A DNA stretch of 64,000 nt, taken from NCBI GenBank assembly GCA_037447605.1, contig CM074817.1, forward strand, positions 2,356,001-2,420,000, given 5' to 3'. The DNA is from Zygnema circumcarinatum SAG 698-1b. Lineage: Eukaryota; Plantae; Zygnematophyceae. The notes below the pieces were generated by a model, which had not been told where the DNA came from, searched no databases, and saw only the letters and a list, made by a program, of their open reading frames with translations. Positions 20,027-30,700 of this stretch are shown one piece after another (the first letter of the stretch is position 1; the number at the start of each line of letters is the position of its first letter). The position numbers were made by a program, and so were the translations under genes.

Positions 20027-22315
20027 ATGGCGGTAATGAGCGACTTCAATGCCGTCGTCTCTACCTTCAGATCAGAGTACAGCAAAACGCCAACCAAACT
20101 CAAGGTAACCTCTCTCTCTCTCCCTCTCTCTCTCTCGCTCGTTCTCTCTCATTCTGACCCTCTTTCAATCTGCCCCTCCTTTCCCGCTTCGCAATAACCT
20201 CAGCAATTGTGTCTTTTGTTCTGCAAATCTCTGAATCTCCGTAACTACAGCATACTGTATACCTTCGTTTGTCCATAATTTACAAGTATGATACTCGCAT
20301 TTATAGGCTAAAATCTGCATTGTAAATCGCCACCAGATCCTCTACCTCCCTTCCATTCGAGCAGGTCCTTCATTAGGGTTGAGTGAGGAAGGGCACAATG
20401 CTGCCCTGCTTGGCAGTTCTCTACTCATTCCGCATCTTGACGCATGGAAATCACTATTTCTATTCCTGTATTAGTTTCGTGTTTCGTGAAGTTTACGCTC
20501 ACACCCTATGTAGCGCTCTGGGGTTTTGACATTTTTGGAACTGACATTAACTTTGGAGATGCTTAGCTGAGTTTCCCTAATTCTTGTTTCTTTCATAAAC
20601 GGTGTAGGCAATTGACTTATTCCTCGTCTATGCCATCGTCACGGCAATCATCCAGGTAATTGGGAGGCCGTCGCCCTCTCCCTCTCCCTCTCCCTCTCCC
20701 TCGCCCTCTCACTTTCCCCCTCCATTTCCATCTCCCTCTCCCTCTCCCTCTCCCTCTCCCTCTCCCTCTCCCTCTCCCTCTCCCTCTCCCTCTCCCTCTC
20801 CCTCTCCCTCTTCTTTCACTTCTCATCCCTCTCGAGTCCTCTCGCACTCAATTTCTCATTCCCTTCAGAAACGTATTGTGCACCTTTCTCTCTCTATCTT
20901 CTCTGTACCTTCTCTATCCCTCCGTCCCCGCTTGTCAGTGTGAATCCTAAGGTCATCTCGTATTAGCCTCTCTCCTAACAGGGACGATGATAACCACGAT
21001 AGAGACATTTGTTAGGGTTAAGTCATCCGCTATTCTTTGCGCTTCATTACCTTCTCCTCAGTCACGCATCCATGGGCAGAAAATGAGCTGAATGTCAGCG
21101 TTGCATCAGTTTCTATTCATCCGTTGAAACAGATGTTAGTAGACATGCAAGTGGCTTTTAATCTGCTGCTAAAGCGAAGAATGGGCTTTTTGGGTAGGAA
21201 ATAGTTGAATTTTAGGAACCTGTTAATCCTTATTCATGGCAGACGGCTACAGTAGAAGTTATTTTCCTACTGCTATGCCATTCCCTATTGGAACTTCATT
21301 GTTTTCTTACCTTTTTCCTGTGCGGTTGCAGTTTGCCTACATGTCCTTGGTCGGCTCTTTCCCCTTCAACGCCTTCCTTGCAAGCCTCTTCGCTTGCATT
21401 GGAACAGCCGTGCTAGCAGGTGCGCATAACTTTATAATTCGTATTTCATTATATTGCTAAAACCGAAGAAATCATTAATAACTTTCCCTGCTTGAATCCG
21501 TATTTCATTTGAGTTTCCCATAGCCTCTGCTTCATTTTCTTCCAAGATTGACCTGTCTTTTCGTCCTTGGCGGTGAGTGCAGTGTGCCTAAGAATGCAAG
21601 CCAACCCGGAGAACAAAGAGTTTAAGGTAGAGAGCTTCCATCGCTGCCTCATCTTTGTCAGCATTTTCAAACATTTCGTTCATGTAAAGAAACCGAAAAC
21701 AGCTTTAGAAGGTCCTGTGCTCTTGAGACATCGGCCCATGCCAAGTCTTTAAATATAAGCAAGTTGAGTCAAGTCGAGTCAAGTCAAGTCAAATCAAGCC
21801 ATTCCAAGCCAAGCCAAGTCGAATCGAGTCAAGCCAAGCCAAACCAAACCAAAGCCAAGCCAAGTCGACTCGAGTCAAGCCAAACCCAAGCCAAGCCAAG
21901 CCAGGCCAAGCTAAGCCAAGTCAAGTCAAGTCGAGTCGAGTCGAGTCGAGTCGAGTCGAGTCGAGTCGAGTCAAGTCGAGTCGAGTCGAGTCGAGTCAAG
22001 TCAAGTCAAGCCAGGCCAAAACCAAACCAAGTCAAGTCGAGTCAATCCAAGCCAAAGCCAAGCCAAGTCGAATCGAGTCAAGCCAAGCCAAGCCAAACCA
22101 AGCCAAGTCAAGTCAAGTCGAGTTAAGATGAGTCGAGTCAAGTCGACTCAAGCCAAGTCAAATCAAGTCAAGTCAAGTCAAGCCAAGTTCTTCACCCTTA
22201 CCATTCCTTTTTACTTCTTTTTCTTTCGCAGGATTTGCCCCCCGAGCGAGCATTCGTAGACTATGTCCTTTGCAGCCTCGTGCTGTACCTCGTGGTCATC
22301 AACTTCGTCGGCTGA
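20027..22315 (+). CDS. DAD1: Oligosaccharyltransferase subunit DAD1/OST2, 5 exons
   Basis: …YSKTPTKLK/AIDLFLVYAIVTAIIQ/FAYMSLVGSFPFNAFLASLFACIGTAVLA/VCLRMQANPENKEFK/DLPPERAFVDYVLCSLVLYLVVINFVG*. Confidence 0.97.
21758..22187. repeat. Compound pentanucleotide array (AAGTC/GAGTC/AAGCC)n in DAD1 intron 4
   Basis: About 85 pentamer units read directly. Confidence 0.9.
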
Positions 22316-22703
22316 ACCCTCCCCTCTTCCTCGCAGCACTCATGTCTCGTAGTTCAGTTTCGCAAGAACGGGAAATTATGCATGGAGGCGCCGAAAATAA
22401 TAAAAAAAAAATGTTTTTTTGGCACAACAGTTTTGTATGCCCGCGCATGAGCGGAGCTTAATGTTCTTTTACTATTTGCCCTCATAAGAGGCTTTCTTTA
22501 CCCGTTGAAAAACTTGGTTTGTGGGTGAAAACTTGTTGGATGAATGTGAGGTCTGCATGGCCTCAGCCTGCACTTGGCAACCGCCCCAGAATCAGAATTT
22601 GAGGTCTCCGCAAAAAAAAAAAAAAAGGCAAACTTGACAGCATATAACACAACGCAATTTGAAGAAATTTATGGTTTTTAAATAGTATTACATAACAAAA
22701 AAT

Positions 22704-23404
22704 GGGGGCGACTATTTACAGTGTACGGATTCTGAATGTAGTGTACGATTTCGCCGGGCAGCAAAAAAAAGGTTTTTTTTGGCGAAAAATGCTGTTTCAC
22801 ACTTTTCAGAATAGATATAGACCCTTTATCGTCGGATGTACGGATGGTGATTTGAAATGTACGAAGCGCGCGCGTCTACAAGGTATAAGGGCGCAACACG
22901 TGGAGCGACATGATTGGTCGCGGCAACATATGACGTGGCAAGTATGTTTGGAACCGTGACGTGACGAAACGAGACGCAAAAAAAGTGGAGTCCGCGGATG
23001 GCAGTCGGAAATGGCGGGAATTAAAACTGACAGATTTTTCCTGAAACACGCTACGTTATGTGCCTTATCTTTTTTTGTCAGTTTGAATTCCCGCCATTTC
23101 CGACTGCCGTCCGCGGACTCCACTTTTTTCGCGTCTCGTTTCGTCACGTCACGGTCCCAAACATACTTGCCACGTCATATGTTGTCGCGACCAATCATGT
23201 CGCTCCACGTGTTGCGCCCTTATACCTTGTAGACGCGCGCGCTTCGTACATTTCAAATCACCAACCGTACATCCGACGAAAAAAGGTCTGTATCTATTCT
23301 GAAAAGTGTGAAACAGCATTTTTCGCCAAAAAAAACCTTTTTTTTGCTGCCCGGCGAAATCGTACACTACATTCAGAATCCGTACACTGTAAATAGTCGC
23401 CCCC
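22704..23404. mobile_element. Foldback/MITE element: ~329-bp near-perfect inverted arms, ~43-bp spacer, 8-bp TSD
   Basis: Arms 22704-23032 and 23076-23404; termini GGGGGCGAC…GTCGCCCCC; CAAAAAAT duplicated at 22696-22703 and 23405-23412. Confidence 0.92.
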
Positions 23405-23771
23405 CAAAAAATTTCTTATAGGCGTCACGTCACGAGTTACATGCGCCATCTTCAGCCCTCAGTTTTGTGGAGCCCGTTCACATGCGCAGGGCGGGTTGAC
23501 GCTACGCTCAACAGCACACATAGACGCCGCCACATAATTCGTCTCTGGCTTCCGGCCAGGGCGGAGAGCACCCTCCATCATGCATGATGATGCTCTTGTA
23601 ATCACATCATTCTCTATGTAGAATCATCAATTCTCTCTCTCTTTCTCTCTCTCTTTCTCGCACGCACACATATACATTCATATTTTTTTTCTTTTCTTTT
23701 TATATTCTTAACATTCATCACTAGTTCTTGTCCCTGCTGCTACTGCTGCTGCTGGTCGCCACGTGGCAGCC

Positions 23772-25163
23772 ATGAATACCTCCCTCTGCCTGCTTTGCTC
23801 GTCCTCGCCCTCTTCGTTTCTTTCTCCAGAAACCCTAATCCCAAACCCTAGAACCCTAAGCTCGAGAGAGGCTGACTCTAATCAAACCCTCTACCCTAAA
23901 GCTAACCACCTTTTCATCCCTAACCCTAATTCTGCCGCTTCTTCATCACCCGCTGTGTCCAAAAGCTTCCAAATTTCTTCCTCTCTCTCTGCAACTTCCC
24001 CCCTCAGCAGCAGGAGCCCCTCAATCTCCTCCCCCTACCGCACCTCTCTCCCTCCCTCCCTTCACGCTGCCCGTCTCTCCCACCGCTCCTCTTCTCCTTT
24101 CTGTGGAGGACTATTCCACCATTCAGAGACTGCCACGTGGCTCCAATGCCGTGCTGTAAGCGAAGCTTCTGAATCCTCCACAAAGTGGTGGGAGCGGTGG
24201 CTTCCATGGAGGGATGAGCTGTCACAAGACGAAGAAAGTGTATGTTAAGCTCCTCTCTCTCTCTCTCTCTCCCTTCCCCTCCCTCTCATACATTTCCCTC
24301 CCCTTTTTTTTCCATTTTTCATTTCCATTTCCATTTTCTTCTCTCTCCCTCTTCTCTCATCCGACTCTCTCCCCTATTCTCTCTACCGCCCCTCCATTAC
24401 TTGCTCCTCCCTCTCTCTTTCACTCGCCCTCTCGTCCTCGTCCTTCCACACGTATTTGCAGGACTTTCTTCAAAACCCACCTCGAATAGAGCTGGAGAAC
24501 ACCTACAAACAGTACGGAGATCGAATGGTGGTGGAAGATGTCTCCATACATTTGAACGCAGGTGAAGTGGTAAGGCCCCCAAAACTTGCTTGAAGGGCCC
24601 TAAATACCGTCAATTAAAATCCTTTGAATCGTTTTCAAAACCAAAGACAGCCTTCACATCCCTCTAACCCTAAAACGTTCCTAAATGACTCCGTTTTTCA
24701 GTTTTTTTCATTTTTTTTTCCAGGTGGGTCTTTTGGGTCCCAATGGGGCTGGAAAGAGTACGGCCTTTAGTCTGCTGGTGGGGAGGGAGCGTCCAACAAA
24801 GGGAACCGTAAAATTGGGGTCTCGAGATATTACAAAACTACCCCTCGAATTGCGGGCGAGGCTCGGTGTTGGGTATTTGCCACAGGTACATATTTTCCAA
24901 TTTCGCAGTAAACTTTTTCAGCCCTTAGAAGCTTAATGAAGCAAGCAAGCTGCAAGCATTCTTTTTGTTCATTTTTTCTTATCACCTTTCAGCTGTTCAT
25001 TCCACCTTTCTTCGCTAGCAAATCCTCCATACTCAAACTTGAACTCCACTCAACCCTAGTAAGAGGCCTTGATAGCTTCTTCTTTTCTCAATAGCGGTGC
25101 CCCTTTTGGGAATTTACACGTGAGGGAATAGAAGCGGGTCCAATCCACACCCTTAAACTTCCC

Positions 25164-25227
<64 letters not shown>

Positions 25228-25428
25228 TGATCTGCAGTAGTGTTCACACCATATCCGCGAAGTAAGTGGATCGGATTTTTCCGTTCACACTGTGCAGGAG
25301 GCGAGCATCTTTCGGGGCCTCACTGTGCGCGACAACATCTTATTGGTCCTGCAAGAGACCGGCGTCCCTCGGGCCAATCAGGAGGCACGGATTCAGGTAC
25401 TGAAACTGGGCTCTCTCTCTCCCACCTT

Positions 25429-25501
<73 letters not shown>

Positions 25502-27207
25502 CTCTCACTTCTGCAGACAGGCTTTTCCTCTGCCATTTTGTGTACGATTGCAAAGGTGTCTTTTTCCGTCTCCGATTCCGTTTCACTCTCTGACTACCCC
25601 CTCCCCTCCCCTCCTCCTTCCCCTCCTTTTCTTTTGTAATTGTATTTTATTGAAATAAACAAAACAGTAATCATTGATCACTGAATCGTTTATCAATATA
25701 GAAGTGTTATGAAATAAGTTGGTGGGAGGGGGGGGCCTGCAGGAGCTGCTTAGGGAGTTCGGATTGGAGCAGGTTTCCAACACAAGGGGGAGGTCTCTTT
25801 CCGGGGGAGAAAGGCGTAGAGCGGTACTTATTTCAACTTTTCTTCCCTTTCCTTTTGGGGTTTTAGGAGGCTCAGGGTTCAGAAACTGTGGGCTTTGCAG
25901 CTTAGAACGGAGTCGTACTTGAAAATCTTTCGTTTATTAGGAGTTTTCATTTTTTCTCCAGCAAGTTTTTCATCCTCAAAGAGGACAAGTTGTTCCTTTA
26001 CTTGAAGTGAGGATAAACAACGGTCATCTGTTAAACTGATTCCGTAAAACTGTGCATGGAACAGGAGCTGGCGAGAGCGCTCGCAGCAAACTGGAGGGGG
26101 GGTCCCCCTCGAATCCTTTTTGTTGATGAGCCATTTTCAGGAGTAAGCACATCATCAATTATTGATTTTTTCTTACAAAATTTCAGTCCACTATAAACCA
26201 CCTCCATAATGTCAGGGTCTCTTTATCAAAACCCTCTTTAAAGTCAGGATTTTTTCCCAGGTTTTTCGGGCCCAACTGCCCAAAATCTTCCTGATCTCGT
26301 GGGGAAGATCACCACGAGATCCCCTATTGTTAATGTAAACATAATAATCACTAGAATATGCATACTTCAAATGTAAACCTGCTGAAGTGGATCCGTTGAT
26401 TTTCTCCAGGTGGACCCAATCGGAGTGCAGGAGATTCAGGCCATGCTGCGAACCCTGTGTGAACGGGACAACATCGGAATCTTCATCACGGATCACAATG
26501 TGAACACCCACGACTTGTTGCCTGCTTTCTCTTTGCTCGCTCATACACAAGTTTTGCTATGTAACGTTGTCAGAAACCCTAAAACCTCCCCCCACACTCT
26601 TTCTCCCTCCCTCTCTCTCTCCCTCCCTCCCTTTTCTCTCTCTCCCTCCCCCCCCCACTCTCTCTCCCCTGCACACTCTCTCTCCCTCTCTCTCTTTCTC
26701 CCTCCCTCTATCTCTCTCTCCCTCCTTTTCTCTCCCTCCCCCACTCTCTCTCCCCCGCACTCTCTCTCTCTCCCTCTCTCTTTCTCCCTCCCTCTATCTC
26801 TCTCCCTCCCTTTCTCTCCCTCCCACCCCCACTCACTCTCACCCGCTCTCTCTCTCTCTCCCTCTCTCCCTCTCTCCCTCTCTCCCTCTCTCCCTCTCTC
26901 CCTCTCTCCCTCTCAGGTGATCGAAACTCTGCGCATATGCGACCGCGCGTACATGATGCACAGAGGGCGGGTCATGGCCCAGGGCACGCCCCAAGAGCTG
27001 TACGGAAACGCCTACGTGACCAGGCACTACCTCGGGGAGGGCTATGTGCGCCACATGGAGCCCAGACTCAGTTCTACGGAACCGTTAAACGGAGAGGCTT
27101 CCCCTGCAGGGAGCGAGCCAAGGACCGGGAATGGGGCCGTGGGGCCGCTGGAGGGCTCGCCTTTGAGCGAAGAATTGATGGCACAGCAATCAATAGATGG
27201 GAAATGA
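23772..27207 (+). CDS. lptB: LptB-like (YhbG) ABC ATP-binding protein with Ser-rich N-terminal transit peptide, 8 exons
   Basis: 156-aa Ser/Pro-rich first exon, then [34 protein letters not shown]…[20 protein letters not shown]…[18 protein letters not shown]…DEPFSGVDPI…[17 protein letters not shown]…GTPQE…YLGE. Confidence 0.88.
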
Positions 27208-27750
27208 CATTTTTTTTTTTTAAATATCCTATTTTTTTGTGTTTGGTTGTTTGTTTGTTATTTATTTATTTATTTTTTTAATTTTTTCCCAACCCAATTG
27301 ACTTGAACGGACCCGAACGGACCCCAAACGGTGGCACCCGGAAACAGGAAAGAGTGATCCACGGTGAAGTCACTCCGCTCGTGGTTTCTATGCGCAAGGC
27401 CGGTTCCATGTGCACAGGCCAACAGCAAACGGAGAACGGAGTTTGGCTCCATAGAAACTGCGTTCTTTGTATCAGCCAGCACGAGCAGCCCACGCAAACC
27501 AAACCAAATTCAATCCAAAACAGCGACAGGGCGGAGGAGGAATCCTTCTGGGATGGGCCATTCATGCAGAGCACACAACATTGTAACTGAATACATATGT
27601 TTTTTAGGGTTTGAACAGAGCAGAGTGCAGCGCTAGGCGTCGTCTCTTTACCTGAAGGCTTAAGGTATAACTTGGACGATCACTGAATTTCGTGAAGATG
27701 AGAACTGACGGAAGGTCCATCGGTCTCCTTCCCTCCTCTGCACTCACAGG

Positions 27751-30700
27751 TCATCCCTCCAATGCCTCCGCACCAATAAGAAATCCGTCTTCAAAAAATT
27801 TGTGACTCCATACTAGAAATCTCATAACTTACGTGACAACTTTCTGCCTCCTCCGACTCTTCCACTCTCTGGCCCCCCACCCCCCCTCCTCTCGTCTTTC
27901 ACCCTTCTTTCCGTAACATTCGGGTAACATCCCCCCTCGCCCCCCTCTCCCTCCCCCTACCCCTTTCCCCCTCCCGTCTCTCCCTCCCCCTCCCCCCCTC
28001 CCTCCCCTCCCTCCCCTCCTCCGCTCCCCCTCCCTCTTCCCCTTCCACCCCCCTCCCCTCTCTCCCTCCCTCCCCCTCCCCTCTCTCCCTCTCCCTTCCC
28101 CTCTCCCACCACCCCCCTTCTCCCACTTTCTCCCTCTCTTTCATTGTCACCCTCCTTCATCATGTTCACCTCCATCACCTGAGGAGGAGAGGTAGCCAAA
28201 CTCACAAGTGCACGTGGTCAAGTTCCCCCCATTGCTAAAGCCGGCGTTGCAGGTGCATGCAGGGACATTTTGGAACGAGCAGAATCCGTTGCCGTTGCAG
28301 ACTCCGGTCGGCTGATTTGCGCCGCAGAAGTTGGCGCACTCCTGGGCGGGCCGCTGCGCTCCGCTGTAGCACGCGGCGGAGGCTGCCGGAAGTGTGAAGC
28401 AGTTGCCGGCTACAGCCACTCTGCAGAAGTCAGCGTTGTTGAAACCGATCTTCGGAGTCTCCGAAAGGTAATTTCCGGTAACGTCGATGTAGACGTCTGC
28501 AAAGGCTTTGAAGCGGATCTGCAGTCGGCCGGTCAATAAGATGTTGCGGAGGAATCTGCACAACAAGGTTTCTGAGTTCAGTTCCTGATAAAGTATCGTA
28601 ATTCTGCATTCCTTTCCTTTCCTTTCCTTGAAGCCTTTTGGTTTGCTGCAAGCCTATCGGTTAGCCAATGCTGGTAATGAACATTTCGAAGTTATCCACT
28701 TCGGAAAATGTACGATCTCCTCCATTAAAGATAGAATATTTGTTTGAAATGGGTAAAGTGACTAACTCACATGCTCAAAGCACTTGTGAGAGAACCAAAG
28801 GAAGTAGGAATCGTCCCAGTGAGTTGATTTTCGGAGAGGTCCCTGCCACGTCACCCATGCATAACCCTTCTTACGTTTTGGGATGTTTAGGATTCATTCC
28901 ACGGTGTCCTGCACGGCATGAATACCACAAAAATTCTGAAAAATGCACAACCCCTTAAAGAAACATGTATAATTTTTTTTTTTGCTGACATGTACTCCAA
29001 GCTGGAGAGGCTTCCAATCGTTGCTGGAATGTTGCCGCTCAGCTGGTTGCGGCAGAGGCGGCTGTGGGGCCCACACGCACCAAAAAGCACAAAATTAGCA
29101 ACCCTTCTGGAAATTTTCATTTACAGATTATGGAATATGTGTGAATGGGGCCAGAATCCCTTCATCCAGAATCTCCAGATATGAAAATATCGCTTGAGTA
29201 TACAACATTGAATGCCTGAAAACATGCAAACATGAACCGGACGAAGGGGGTTCAGATACAAAACTGGAGGCTGCAGATTACTGAGAGGAAGTCATCGACT
29301 TACAAACTTGTCAAGTTTGTGAGGTTTCCAATAGAAGTTGGGATCTCTCCTACAAGATTATTAGAGGACAGGTCCCTGCAGAAGCAGCAGACTCCACCTC
29401 TTGTAAGCTTGCCGGCTTCTTGACAATGTGCAGGTTTTAAATATTTTTCTTTTAGAGCGGGCACAGGAAATCTGGTGTTAAACAACAAGGGGCACTGAAT
29501 CCCTCCTAAGTGGCATCTCAAGTACAGTGAAAAAAAAAGGCAGGCCCTTTGAAAAGTCTTACAAGATTTTTAGGTTCACAAGGCGAGTGATGTCCGGGGG
29601 AATCACAGAGCTCAAGAAGTTGTCAGATAAGTCCCTGCAAGCCAAATCCAATGGATTGAGTGGGTGATTGGCTGCATACAATTTTTCCCTCTCCAATACA
29701 AAATGTCTCGCAATGTTTCCTCCTACGACTTCTCTGAGATTTGGACTTTGGTGGCTCTATGGCAACTCTTCCTCCTTTTTTTCGATCCTCTTCCTCTTGC
29801 ATTATCAAGCATAGTTTGCACCATGCGCAGGAAACGGATGGAAGGAAGCACATGTTAAATCACATTAGTCATGTGGTAACAATGCGTGACTAAATTGACC
29901 ACATAAGTGTGACCAACTAAACGAGCCATCTATGTCACGCGGAGGTATCACATGACACCTCATAAGCCATGGCAGCGATCATCCCGTCATCATTGTGAGG
30001 CTGAGTAAAGGCTGACTTGACGGAAACGGCTCACATAGAAACGTTGTTCCGGTGTGTGAAGGCGCCATGCATGGTGTTCGTTTTGGAGCTCAGGGTTCTA
30101 CTGGAAGCTACCAATGACCTATGGCTAGTCACTAACAAAAAGTATGAAATTGACAAAATAGTATGCATATCACGAATTTCCACAAATGTATGTGCGTAAA
30201 GAGTAAAATGCGCGGAAGGTCTATTTACATTATAGATTGATCGTCATACAATGGACGCGAGAATAGTGAAGGAAGAGACTCCAAGACGGGAAGAGCTCAC
30301 AATCGCTGAAGCGTGGCGATGGCGGCGATAGAAGGAGAAATGACCCCCGCAAGCGAAGCGTGCTCCAAATGTCTGCGCCCACACGAAGCTTTATTCGACG
30401 AGACGTCGTAGAGATGGAGCTGGCGGAGGAGACCGACCATTCACAATGCGACTCATTAGGGGGAGTCAGACATTGACCATGGCCGTACTAAATTCCCGAA
30501 TTTAGTATACAGTACAGTACTAAAAGTCAAAGTTTCGTGTACGAATTCCGGTCGGGATCCGCGGCTCCGCCGAACCCAGCCGTAACGCAATGCGTACCTA
30601 GCCACTGCTTAATTCCCCCGACAGGATTACTAATTTTGATTTGGTCATGGTCAATGTCTGACTCCCCCTATAGGGGCTGACGGAGAGAAGCGGAGCCGTA

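Noticed and set aside
21764-22126. Ser/Gln-rich ORF (SQVESS repeats)
   Set aside because: Arises from the pentamer array within DAD1 intron 4.
24462-27207. Bacterial contamination as the source of LptB
   Set aside because: The gene is split by GT-AG introns with the same CT-rich style as its neighbours and has a eukaryotic leader.
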